From a virus: DNA of 64,000 bases. The notes beneath the pieces are model-generated. The model was not told where the DNA came from and did no database searches. It was given only the letters and a program-made list of their open reading frames with translations. A program made the translations under genes and the position numbers. The first letter of the stretch is position 1. The number at the start of each line of letters is the position of its first letter. The stretch lies in the IMG/VR virus record IMGVR_UViG_3300046817_000745, positions 8,873 through 72,872 of that record. One strand, 5' to 3'. This document shows positions 37,747 to 46,556 of this stretch, in pieces.

Positions 37747-38046
37747 CTAGCTGTGCTGGCTGCGACGGGTCACGTGGATCTGCTCGGTCGGGGCGGGCTC
37801 TTCGGTCTGCTCGACCTGCAGACCCTCGCAGATCTGCGTGCTGTACCAGCCGAAGTGCTCGTTGAGGTCGTCAATCGCCTCATCGCGCGAGCGGTGCGAG
37901 GACTGGATCGCGAACCCCTGCCGGCCGTCGTAGTAGGACACGACACTCCAGCCGAAGTGGGCGATCTCCTCGACACCGTGCCACTGGCGGCCGCCGTAGA
38001 ACGGCCAGAGGTGCGAGTAGAGCGTGATGCGCTGGCTTTTACTCAT
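37747..38046 (-). CDS. Hypothetical protein
   Basis: First gene after the promoter/operator at about 38074-38090. Confidence 0.7.
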   Translation of the reverse strand: MSKSQRITLYSHLWPFYGGRQWHGVEEIAHFGWSVVSYYDGRQGFAIQSSHRSRDEAIDDLNEHFGWYSTQICEGLQVEQTEEPAPTEQIHVTRRSQHS

Positions 38047-38083
38047 CTTGATCTTCCCTGATCTGGCCCTTAACTGATGACAA

Positions 38084-38413
38084 CTACAGCTTAGCAGATT
38101 CCTCCGCCGCAGGAAACTTCCACCCGGATCCGCAAGGGCCGGGAATCCCCCGGCGCAGCCAGGCATCGACCTGCTCGATGTCGAACCACCGGTACGCGCG
38201 CTTCGAGTCGTCGACCTTGTGCGTGGTGTCCGCCGGCTGCGGGAACGGCTCGCCGGCTGCGTTCCGCGTGCCGCGGTGCCACCAGTCCCGGATCCGGCGC
38301 CGGTCCAGCGGCGGATCGATTGCGTAGCGCTCCGACAGGATGGCCGCGAGCCCCTGGAACCCGGCCATGCCGTTCTCGGTCTTCCACAACGGCTTGCCGG
38401 TCTTCGGTGCCAT
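38084..38413 (-). CDS. AlpA/excisionase-like DNA-binding protein
   Basis: G...LA..L......RRRIRDWW.R......FPQP........WF....V.AW winged-helix pattern. Confidence 0.6.
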   Translation of the reverse strand: MAPKTGKPLWKTENGMAGFQGLAAILSERYAIDPPLDRRRIRDWWHRGTRNAAGEPFPQPADTTHKVDDSKRAYRWFDIEQVDAWLRRGIPGPCGSGWKFPAAEESAKL

Positions 38414-38486
38414 CGTCATCTCCTCCCACGCGCTGGGCAGTGCCGCCGCCTCGTGGGGAGGCGACGGCACTGCGGTCAACTACAGG

Positions 38487-39743
38487 TTACCGCCGGACGG
38501 ACACGGCCTCCAGAGCGGGCACTGCGAGGCGCTCGACCTCGTAGGCCCGGTCCGGGTCCTCGAGCGTCTGGGCGTACGCGGTCAGCGCGTTGGCGACGCC
38601 GCCCGCCGTGGGCTGGCCGGACAGGATGAAGAAGTCCAGGACGCTCTTGGACTCCTCGGCGCTCAGGCCGAGCCCGGCGCAGACCTTCGGCACGACCTCG
38701 GTCGGGCTGGCGATCTGGACGGCGGCCTTCTCCTCGAACCCGGTGATCAGGCTGGCCAGGTACTCGGGAGTCAGCCACTGGGTGACTGCGTCGGTGGTCT
38801 CCGACTTGACCAGCGCACCGGCCGCCCGGACCGTGGCCAGTGACGGGCGGATGACGCCCTCGGACAGGACTCGGCCGAGGTGGACCTTGCGGATGCCCTG
38901 GCGCACGTCCGTCCAGCCGTTGGAGCAGCGCACCAGGCAGACCACCGGGGTCAGGTTGTAGGCGCCGGACCCGGTCTCGGAGTTGTCGAAGTCCAGACCC
39001 ATGTAGGCGACCGGCTCTTCGCCGTGGTTGAAGATGTGGTGCTCGCCGTACTGCGCGCGCAGTGCGGCCATGTCGCGGTGCCCGGCGCGACGCGGGCCGC
39101 GGTCGGTGCCGCCGTTGCCGTCGAACGGGCTGCGGTAGCCCTCGAGCAGGCCCTCGGCGCGTGCGTAGACCTCGGGAAACTCGAACCGCACGCGCATCCG
39201 GGTCTCGGACAGGTCCGAGACGTTGACGATCGGCGCGACGCCGGCCGCCTGGATGCCCTGGGTCACGGCCATCAGCATGTCAAGGTTGTCCATCGACAGG
39301 TTGAACCGGTCGGACAGGACCGCGCGGGCCACGCCCGGGGCTCCGTCGTCGCCGCGGAAGAGCCGTAGCAGGAAGCTGCGGGCGTCGGGCGCGTGCAGCT
39401 CGGTGCCGTCGCCGCCCTTGCGGCCGTGCAGCCATCCGTTGACGTTGCCGTCGATCAGGTCGTTGCGGCCCGCCTCGCGCATCCTGCGGAAGTAGGTCTG
39501 GCCGACGCCCAGCTTGTCCGCCAGGCCGCGATCGGCGATCTCGGTCAGCGCGTAGGTCCCGGCCGCGGAGGTGACGCCGTCCTCGGTGATCTCGGCGACG
39601 GTGTTGGCGACCACGAGCTGACCGTCACGGCTCCAAACCTGGCGGGCCGGCGCGACGACGTCGAGCTTGTGCGCGTTCTGCGAGTTGAGGATGTCCAGCA
39701 GTTCCTGTGCGCTGGCGTTCCTCGCGGTGAGCTGAACGGTCAT
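38487..39743 (-). CDS. DUF932-like protein
   Basis: RA.LSDRF...DN, NSETG.GA..L.P....V.CSNG, R..HLG motifs. Confidence 0.75.
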   Translation of the reverse strand: MTVQLTARNASAQELLDILNSQNAHKLDVVAPARQVWSRDGQLVVANTVAEITEDGVTSAAGTYALTEIADRGLADKLGVGQTYFRRMREAGRNDLIDGNVNGWLHGRKGGDGTELHAPDARSFLLRLFRGDDGAPGVARAVLSDRFNLSMDNLDMLMAVTQGIQAAGVAPIVNVSDLSETRMRVRFEFPEVYARAEGLLEGYRSPFDGNGGTDRGPRRAGHRDMAALRAQYGEHHIFNHGEEPVAYMGLDFDNSETGSGAYNLTPVVCLVRCSNGWTDVRQGIRKVHLGRVLSEGVIRPSLATVRAAGALVKSETTDAVTQWLTPEYLASLITGFEEKAAVQIASPTEVVPKVCAGLGLSAEESKSVLDFFILSGQPTAGGVANALTAYAQTLEDPDRAYEVERLAVPALEAVSVRR

Positions 39744-39842
39744 CTTCCCTGATCCCTTCGCCTGAGTCCGCCTGCGGCGGTCTCACTGATGACAACATTA
39801 GCAGTTCCCCGGCCACACCACAAGTCGGGGGCGGACACGGAA

Positions 39843-39872
39843 GAGGGCCCTTCGTTGGCGCGAAGGGCCCTC
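39843..39872 (-). terminator. Terminator-like hairpin
   Basis: Perfect 12-bp inverted repeat GAGGGCCCTTCG / CGAAGGGCCCTC. Confidence 0.7.
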
Positions 39873-39889
39873 GCAAACCGGATGCTGCA

Positions 39890-40013
39890 CCTGGCGTGAG
39901 AAGCGGTGTTTCCTGTGCTCCGACTCCAGTAGAGGAGTCGAAGTGTGCACCTCGGCCGCGCGGCTCCGGGGGGATGGAGAGCTCACGCGCGGCCGAGGGC
40001 GTCTTTCACCAGG
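39890..40013 (-). ncRNA. Putative structured RNA or ssDNA element (three-way junction)
   Basis: Closing stem plus a 13-bp perfect hairpin and a 10-bp hairpin whose G-U pair favours the minus strand. Confidence 0.4.
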
Positions 40014-40018
40014 CCAGC

Positions 40019-41065
40019 CTACTGGGCCCACGGCGGGGGCGGGGCCCCCTGCTGACCGGCGGGCTCGGGCTGCGCCGCCGGGGGTGCGGCCTGCTGGCCG
40101 TTCCACGGAGGCGGCTGCGGCCCGTTCACGGGCGGCATGGCCGGCTGCTGCGGCTGCGGCTGCGGCTGCTGGAACGGAGCCGGCGCCGCGCCGTAGCCGG
40201 GGGCGGGCGCGTACTGCTGCGGCTGCGGCGGCTGGCCGTTCATCGGCTGCGCGTATCCCTGGCCCTGCTGCGCGGGGTCGTACCCGCCTGCGGCAGGTGC
40301 GGGCGGCTGCGCCCACGGCGGCATGCCCGTACCGGGCCCGGGCTGGCCACCGGCCGGGGCCATGGCGGGCGCCGGAGTCTGCCAGGGGTCAGCGGCCACG
40401 GGCATCGCGGCAGGCTGCTGGGGACCGCCGTACGGCGCCTGCGCCGGGTACCCGGGCTGCGGCGGGAACGGCGGCTGTCCGTATCCCTGCGGCTGGCCGT
40501 ATCCCTGCTGCGGTGGGTACTGCTGCTGCTGCGGGTACTGCGGTTGGCCGTATCCCGGCTGTGCGCCGTAGCCGGGCATCTGCGCCGGCTGCTGCGACTG
40601 GAACGTTGGCCAGGTCGTCGGAGCGCCGGGCCTCGCCGGACGCACGTCGCGCACCTTGTTGCGGGTGACACCCTCGTACTCCTCCTGAATGATCTTCAGG
40701 AGCACCGGCCGCCCGATCATCGCCTGGGCCACCTGCTCGGGAGTCCAGCCCAACACCCAAAACGGCTGCTGCTGCGGGTTGGCCGGGTCCGGGACCGGGA
40801 TGCCCAGGGCCGCCAGGTGCTTGAACATGATCCCGAGCGCCTCCGGCTTGTCGGCGGTGATCGTTACCGGCTGCTTGATCTGCGTGCGCCCGGCGTTGGG
40901 GCCGGTCGACACGCGGTACCGCACGTCCCACTGACCTTTGTCGCCCGCCCTGGTGCGGCCCCACGTGCTCGCCTCGACCACGGCGTCGACCTCACCGGCG
41001 TCGTAGACGAAGATCGAGCTGTCGGCCTGCCCGTACAGCGTTCCGAAGTCATACTGCTGGCTCAT
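40019..41065 (-). CDS. SSB-like (DUF669-like OB fold) protein with long P/Q/G tail
   Basis: G.V.A.V......T..G..Q..V.Y.V..GP..GR, then EEYEG..RNKV. Sits next to the Sak4-like ATPase. Confidence 0.7.
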   Translation of the reverse strand: MSQQYDFGTLYGQADSSIFVYDAGEVDAVVEASTWGRTRAGDKGQWDVRYRVSTGPNAGRTQIKQPVTITADKPEALGIMFKHLAALGIPVPDPANPQQQPFWVLGWTPEQVAQAMIGRPVLLKIIQEEYEGVTRNKVRDVRPARPGAPTTWPTFQSQQPAQMPGYGAQPGYGQPQYPQQQQYPPQQGYGQPQGYGQPPFPPQPGYPAQAPYGGPQQPAAMPVAADPWQTPAPAMAPAGGQPGPGTGMPPWAQPPAPAAGGYDPAQQGQGYAQPMNGQPPQPQQYAPAPGYGAAPAPFQQPQPQPQQPAMPPVNGPQPPPWNGQQAAPPAAQPEPAGQQGAPPPPWAQ

Positions 41066-41068
41066 GAT

Positions 41069-41866
41069 CTACTTCCTTCTTCCCTGGAGAACCTGCGCGA
41101 GCATGCTCTCAGCGGTGTACCCGGGGTGGGTTGGATCCCCGATCCTCATGGTGTATGGCAGGCGCCCTCCCAGGCGCTCGCCGGTCTCGTACTGCGGATG
41201 CGGCCCGATGAACATCAGGCGGCTGCCGTCCCGCTCGGCCCCGAGATATCCGAGCACATCCACGTAGTAGGGCAGGAAGTCCTGCGCCTGGCCCTGCACC
41301 ATCGGGCGCCAGCGGCCGTCCTTCAGGTGCGTACCGGCCACGAAGGTCATCGACCACAGCGGCTTGACCGGGTGTGTGATCAGGTCGCGATAGGCCCGGA
41401 CCATCTGGTTGACCTGCCGCAGCAGAGCTCCCCACTTGTCCCGGTCCATCTGGTTGCCCTTGGTCAGATCGTCGATGATCCGCTGCTGGACCTCGGTGAC
41501 CGAGTCCATCCCGCCGGAGTTGAACGGATGCTGGCCGGAGTTGAGCACGCTGTACGTCGCGGTGACCGTCCGCGCATCACGCACCAGCACGATCGCGGTG
41601 TCCCAGCTGCCGTCAGCCTGCGGCGGCGGCTCGCGCATCGGGTCCCACTCGATTTTGCGCGACGGGGTCCAGTAGGAGGAGCCTTCGACGTCGAGCACGA
41701 AGCGCGGAGCCGGCCCCGAGTCGGCGAAGGTGCTCTTGCCCGCCTTCGGCAGGCCGTGTACGAGGAACGAGAGGCCCTGGACACGGCGGCGGTGCTGCGG
41801 TGGCGACTGCATCTGCGGCTGCCGGACGAACGCCGCGGGCACGTACTGCTGCGGCTGGACGCTCAC
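41069..41866 (-). CDS. Sak4/AAA_24-like ATPase (recombinase)
   Basis: HGLPKAGKST Walker A, VLDVEG, MDSVTE, YYVDVLGYL. Confidence 0.85.
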   Translation of the reverse strand: MSVQPQQYVPAAFVRQPQMQSPPQHRRRVQGLSFLVHGLPKAGKSTFADSGPAPRFVLDVEGSSYWTPSRKIEWDPMREPPPQADGSWDTAIVLVRDARTVTATYSVLNSGQHPFNSGGMDSVTEVQQRIIDDLTKGNQMDRDKWGALLRQVNQMVRAYRDLITHPVKPLWSMTFVAGTHLKDGRWRPMVQGQAQDFLPYYVDVLGYLGAERDGSRLMFIGPHPQYETGERLGGRLPYTMRIGDPTHPGYTAESMLAQVLQGRRK

Positions 41867-42105
41867 CCGAGGACCGCGTTCCACATCGCGACGCAGCCCA
41901 GCACCAGGCCGAACATGGCGGCCAGGACGAACAACACGTAGAAGACCGTCCCCGCCATGTCTTTGATCCTGGTACGCCGCGCATCCTCGGCAGCACTGCG
42001 CAGTGCGAGCTCTGCGGCCTTCTCCTGGTAGTGGGCGGTTTGCTCGCCGAGGATGGCCTCGAGCACACTCTTGGGGGTGGGTTTGCCTGTCGGTTCGGTC
42101 GTCAT
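41863..42105 (-). CDS. Small membrane protein
   Basis: C-terminal TM helix. Confidence 0.7.
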   Translation of the reverse strand: MTTEPTGKPTPKSVLEAILGEQTAHYQEKAAELALRSAAEDARRTRIKDMAGTVFYVLFVLAAMFGLVLGCVAMWNAVLG

Positions 42106-43079
42106 ATCTTCGCCATCTCTTCCCTGATCGTGCGGAGCGCGTCGTCCCGGTAGTACTCGTAGGGGTCCGCCTGCCGGAACCGTCCACTGCGGACAAGACT
42201 AGCAGACCAGTCGCTCCCGTCGTCCATCATCGGGCAGATTTCCCGGAAGGTGCACCACCACTTGCAGTCCGTCGGGATCTGCGTGGGGTACATCTGCGAG
42301 CGCTGCACCTGGTCGATCACAGACAGGTCGCCGCCACTGCGCTGGTATGCGTCGTCGAGCATCGAGCGGGCCCACATGATCTGCTGCGCCACGCTCTGCA
42401 CCCGCAGCAGCGTCGCGTCGATCTCCTGCGGAGTGTAGGTGAACGGGTCACGGCGGTAGTAGGGCGGCTGCGCACTGCCGGTGCGCTTCACCCGGCGCAG
42501 CGTGTCGATCGTGCCACCCGCGATCTTCGGGCCGTCTGCCGCGCTGGCAAGGTGCTGTACCAGCGTGTAGAGCTTCATCTGCGGGTCAAGGCGTAGTTGC
42601 TCGGCGCGCTCGAAGGTGGCCCCGGTCTTGTAGTCGCGGAACATCAGCGCGCCGTCGGAGATCCGCAGGGCCACCTGATCCAACCGGGCGCGCAGCTGCA
42701 CTCCGGGCACTCCGGGCAGGTCGACCCGCAGATCGGTCTCGGTGGCCACGATCTTGAAGTCTGCGTCCTCGCCGCTCTCGACCAGCCACTCCAGGTAGCC
42801 GGACACCATCGCCTCGGCCAGGTCCGCCTCCTTCGCCAAGTCCGCCGCGAAGTCGGGATGTTTGGCGGCCTCGGCCTTGTACAGCAGTGCGAGCACCGCG
42901 ACCGGGTCGAGCTGGTATCCGAAATGGCCCTCGAGCGCGGTGTGCACCCGCTTGCCGAGCTCCCTGTTGCCGACGGGCGACTCATCGGTGGGCACGAATC
43001 CTAGGTAGTATGTCAAGTACCAATTACGTCGGCACCTGAGCCACGCATAGATCTCCGACTGCGAGATCAGCATCGTCAT
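42102..43079 (-). CDS. PD-(D/E)xK exonuclease (RecB/Cas4-like)
   Basis: S.S.....C.R.W, G..VH..LE, RLD...DYKT, Q...Y, C.WC...C. Confidence 0.9.
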   Translation of the reverse strand: MTMLISQSEIYAWLRCRRNWYLTYYLGFVPTDESPVGNRELGKRVHTALEGHFGYQLDPVAVLALLYKAEAAKHPDFAADLAKEADLAEAMVSGYLEWLVESGEDADFKIVATETDLRVDLPGVPGVQLRARLDQVALRISDGALMFRDYKTGATFERAEQLRLDPQMKLYTLVQHLASAADGPKIAGGTIDTLRRVKRTGSAQPPYYRRDPFTYTPQEIDATLLRVQSVAQQIMWARSMLDDAYQRSGGDLSVIDQVQRSQMYPTQIPTDCKWWCTFREICPMMDDGSDWSASLVRSGRFRQADPYEYYRDDALRTIREEMAKI

Positions 43080-43291
43080 CCTCCCTGCTTTCCTTCCAGT
43101 ATTTCTCCGGTGATCACCCGATACTGAGGGCGAACGAACGACTGCATCTCATCGAACGCACTGTGTGCAGACTGCTCGGTGGCGAACGGAATCCTGACCA
43201 CCAGGCCGCCGTTCCGTCTCTCGATCTCAACGCCGTCATACGGATGCAGGAATGCGATCTCCACGTACCAGTCGCCTTCTGCCTCACTCAT
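43076..43291 (-). CDS. Hypothetical protein
   Basis: Overlapping start and stop junctions. Confidence 0.65.
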   Translation of the reverse strand: MSEAEGDWYVEIAFLHPYDGVEIERRNGGLVVRIPFATEQSAHSAFDEMQSFVRPQYRVITGEILEGKQGG

Positions 43292-45143
43292 CGTCGCCTG
43301 CGATCAGCCAGCGCAGCAGGTCGGCATCGCGGGTGAGCTCGGCCGCGCGCTCGCCCTTCTGCTCGCCGAGCTGGAACAGCCGCTCCTCGACCGTGCCGGG
43401 GGTGATGGAGTAGACGATGCGGACACCGCCCTGCGCCGTGCCCTGCTGCCCGATCCGGTCGATGCGGCAGATCTTCTGATCGCGCGAGCGCCAGCTCGGG
43501 TCCGGCTGCATGAAGAAGATCGTGTGAGCCGCGGTGAGCGTGATCGACTCCGCGCCGGCCGCGGTGATGAAGATGACCTGGCAGTCGCCGCGCTGGAACC
43601 AGGTCACCGCCTGGTCCATGGCGTCCGCGGTCATCCCGCCGACGATCTTGCAGTGTGTGATCTTCTTAGCGGCCAGGGCCTTCTCGGCGAGCGCGACCAG
43701 CTGCGGCGAGTTGGCGGATACGACCAGCTGGCCTTCCTCGTCCTCGAGGAAGTCGAGCAGGTCGGCCACCTTCGATGACGGCATGATCATTCGGGGCCGC
43801 AGCACCGTGAACCCGTCACCGTCCTCGCCCTCGGTGACCTCGAGCATGGACGATGCCAGCTGGCACAGGCGGGTGAACGCCACCAGATCGTTCGACGCAA
43901 CGACCAGCCTGCCCTCGAGCTCGACCAGTGCCTGCTTGGCGATCTCTTTGTACGTGCGCTTCTGCGCCGGGGACATCTGCGGATAGCGGAACACCGGCTC
44001 GAGGCGGGTCGGCAGGAACGGCAGCGCGACCTTGCGCGGGATCCGCCGGATCAGCGGCTGGACGAAGGAGTGGAAGGTCTCCGCGGTGTCCGGCCGGATG
44101 CCGAGCACGGTGGTCCCGCCGTGGAAATTGATCTCTTTGACGGCGAACAGGTCCAGGTAGCGACTGCGGGACGGCGCGGTGGCGACGTCCAGGCCGTGCA
44201 GCAGCGGCCAGAGCTGGCCGATGTGGTCGGCGACCGGCGTGCCGGTGGCCAGCCAACGGTATTCCGCCTGGTGCAGCATCCACCACAGCGCGCGGGTCTG
44301 CTTCGAGCGTGCGTCCTGCATTCGGTGCGCCTCGTCGGCGATCACCGTGCGCCAGGGTGTTCCCGTCAAGTTTAGATCCTTCGGGTGCACCTCACACCGG
44401 GCCGCGGCGATGCCTTCGTCGATGCCGCCGCACGCCTTGCACCGGATGAACCGGACGCCGGGGTACGCCTCGAGCCGCGTGTGCGCGCGTACGTTCGGCC
44501 AGCCGATGATCCACACATCTCCGTCGTCCCGCTCGATCGCCTGGCGGCGGCGAAGCGCCGTGCCGTCGACCACGACCGTGCGCAGCTCCGGCGCCCAGTG
44601 CGCAAACTCGCGCTCCCAGTTGCGGATCGCCGCGACCGAGCAGACGACCAGCGCCGGCAGCGGGTCGGGGCCGAGCTCCTTCGCCAGCTGCAGTGCGCGG
44701 ATCAGCTGAGGCGTCTTGCCGTTGCCCTGCTCATCGCCGAGGATCGCATGGCGCCGGTCGTATAGGTATACAGCTCCGCCGCACTGGAACGGGTAGAGCT
44801 TGCGCGGCCGCCCGTCTGGGAACGGCAGGCTGAGCTCGTCCAGCTCATCGAGGCACGGCGAGATGCCGTCGTACTCGCCGTCGTCCAGGGCGCTGCGCAG
44901 CTTCCAGGCGTACACCACGTCGTCGTATGCGTTCTTGGACCACGCTTGCAAATCGGGGCCGACGTCCAGCGGCTGGCCGGACCATAGCATGTGCAGCGTG
45001 ACGACGGTCGCCCACGACAGCGGGGCGTGCCAGGTCCCTGCGTTCTTGTCGAAGTTGCAGCCGGGCATCTGGGCAGTGAGGTGGTTCTCCACCGTGCTGC
45101 ACCCGATCACTATCTTGCGGTCGATGATCTCAGCCCATGCCAT
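43284..45143 (-). CDS. SNF2-family helicase
   Basis: DEQGNGKT, DEAH, ATGTP, ESITLTAA, Q...RIDRIGQ. Confidence 0.93.
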   Translation of the reverse strand: MAWAEIIDRKIVIGCSTVENHLTAQMPGCNFDKNAGTWHAPLSWATVVTLHMLWSGQPLDVGPDLQAWSKNAYDDVVYAWKLRSALDDGEYDGISPCLDELDELSLPFPDGRPRKLYPFQCGGAVYLYDRRHAILGDEQGNGKTPQLIRALQLAKELGPDPLPALVVCSVAAIRNWEREFAHWAPELRTVVVDGTALRRRQAIERDDGDVWIIGWPNVRAHTRLEAYPGVRFIRCKACGGIDEGIAAARCEVHPKDLNLTGTPWRTVIADEAHRMQDARSKQTRALWWMLHQAEYRWLATGTPVADHIGQLWPLLHGLDVATAPSRSRYLDLFAVKEINFHGGTTVLGIRPDTAETFHSFVQPLIRRIPRKVALPFLPTRLEPVFRYPQMSPAQKRTYKEIAKQALVELEGRLVVASNDLVAFTRLCQLASSMLEVTEGEDGDGFTVLRPRMIMPSSKVADLLDFLEDEEGQLVVSANSPQLVALAEKALAAKKITHCKIVGGMTADAMDQAVTWFQRGDCQVIFITAAGAESITLTAAHTIFFMQPDPSWRSRDQKICRIDRIGQQGTAQGGVRIVYSITPGTVEERLFQLGEQKGERAAELTRDADLLRWLIAGDDE

Positions 45144-45447
45144 GGCCGGCCTGCTTCTGTCGCAGGAGCAGCTGGTGTCCTGCCTCGGTCAAAGACGACG
45201 GTGACTTGAAGAGTTTGATCAGTTCTCGACCGACAATCGTGAGCCGCACCGGGTCACCGTGGCCGTTGCCGACGTCGATCAGACCGTACTGTCCGAGTAC
45301 GCGGAATGTCTCGCTGTTCACGGTGTAGTTCGTGCCAGGCAAAGTCCAACGACTGCGCGGAGCGACGATGAAGACCACACCATCGCCTTGGTCCTGCGTG
45401 TCAATCGTGCGGAGTAGGACCAAAGATGCACGTGTAAGGGGTTGCAT
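45130..45447 (-). CDS. Hypothetical, winged-helix-like protein
   Basis: TCAGGGAGGA RBS. L...GLI......V.LT..GR. Confidence 0.6.
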   Translation of the reverse strand: MQPLTRASLVLLRTIDTQDQGDGVVFIVAPRSRWTLPGTNYTVNSETFRVLGQYGLIDVGNGHGDPVRLTIVGRELIKLFKSPSSLTEAGHQLLLRQKQAGHGMG

Positions 45448-45474
45448 TCTTCCTCCCTGATCTCGCTGCCGACC

Positions 45475-45939
45475 CTACAAGATGTCAGCAGTATGGAGAC
45501 TAGCACGCCAGTGGGCCGGCAGGTTGCCGGTCCGTAGGCACCACGCCACGAGGTGCTGGGCTGCGCTCTGCGCGTCGTCTTTCCCGGCCGGCCAGATGCC
45601 CAGGGACCGCAGCACGGTCGGGTTGGCGACCTTGCGGTCGTCGGGCGCGGCGGGGGTCAGGATCCGCACGTGGCGGGATGTGGCCAGATACCGGGCCACG
45701 CCGATCATCTCGATCGTCTGGTGCACCGGCTCCTGCGTGAGCTTGTGCGTCTGCGGGCCGATGTGGAATCGCTCCCATCCGACCACACCGCCGTAGTTCC
45801 ACCGTGTGCAGAACAGATCGATCATGTCTGCGGCGCGCTGTGGCGGGAACTCGTCGGTCCAGAAGTCTTGACCGCCGATCAGCGTCGCCAGGCCGGTCAT
45901 CCCGCCGGGGTCGATCCACATCACAGCCGGAGGCAGCAT
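45475..45939 (-). CDS. RuvC-like Holliday junction resolvase
   Basis: IDPG..TGLA, V.WE.F, E.IG, DDA.SAA.H. Confidence 0.75.
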   Translation of the reverse strand: MLPPAVMWIDPGGMTGLATLIGGQDFWTDEFPPQRAADMIDLFCTRWNYGGVVGWERFHIGPQTHKLTQEPVHQTIEMIGVARYLATSRHVRILTPAAPDDRKVANPTVLRSLGIWPAGKDDAQSAAQHLVAWCLRTGNLPAHWRASLHTADIL

Positions 45940-45950
45940 TTTGATCCTCT

Positions 45951-46241
45951 CTACACCAGTCGTTTCGGGACCTTGCGCAGCGGAGCGCGGTCAGTCATCG
46001 GTCGGATGAAGGGGTTCAGACCGCCATCACGCCCGCGCGACCACAGCCGCTTCCAGCAGTAGGAACAGTTCTCGAAGTGCACGTCGCAATGGTGCGGCAC
46101 GTGGTACCCGCGCAGCCAACACGCCGGGCGCCACAGCCACGCGTATCCGCGGTCGGTGCAGTGCCACCAGACGGCATGGATGCGGTTGCCTCCGTTGAGT
46201 TTGCGACGGTACCAGCGGTCGAAACGGCTGCGGAGGCTCAC
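45951..46241 (-). CDS. Hypothetical Cys/His-rich protein
   Basis: C..RG.H.....C.YC.K. Confidence 0.6.
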   Translation of the reverse strand: MSLRSRFDRWYRRKLNGGNRIHAVWWHCTDRGYAWLWRPACWLRGYHVPHHCDVHFENCSYCWKRLWSRGRDGGLNPFIRPMTDRAPLRKVPKRLV

Positions 46242-46244
46242 CGG

Positions 46245-46556
46245 TCAGTCCCTCGCGTCGATGAGCAGCGGCGTGAGAGATCCGCCGTCGAAGCCGTGTG
46301 TCGGCGGGATCTTGGTCCACACTCGGCCCTTCTGGTCCAGCCAGCCGACCCGCCGCAGCGTCGCGAAGTGCAGGGCGGCCGCGTCCCACGCCAGCTCCAT
46401 CAACTCCAGGTCTTTGACCGCGGTCGGCGTGACGCCGCCGGACTCCTGGCGCGCCGCCTCCCACTCGCTGAACGAGATGTGACGCGGGTCGACGGGTGTC
46501 TTCCACTCCTCGCCTCGGTACGTGTGCATGTCGGTCTGCGCTCCGGGGTACCTCAC
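46245..46556 (-). CDS. Hypothetical protein
   Basis: GTG overlaps the polymerase stop. Confidence 0.6.
   Translation of the reverse strand: MRYPGAQTDMHTYRGEEWKTPVDPRHISFSEWEAARQESGGVTPTAVKDLELMELAWDAAALHFATLRRVGWLDQKGRVWTKIPPTHGFDGGSLTPLLIDARD

Noticed and set aside
39890-40013. tRNA gene
   Set aside because: No cloverleaf with a T-loop or anticodon arm of proper size. Kept only as an unknown structured element.
39896-41941. 681-aa plus-strand ORF
   Set aside because: Arg/Leu-rich shadow of the minus-strand SSB-like and ATPase genes.
42102-43079. Cas4-like nuclease as evidence of a CRISPR system
   Set aside because: No array or other cas genes. It sits in the usual phage exonuclease-Sak4-SSB recombination module.
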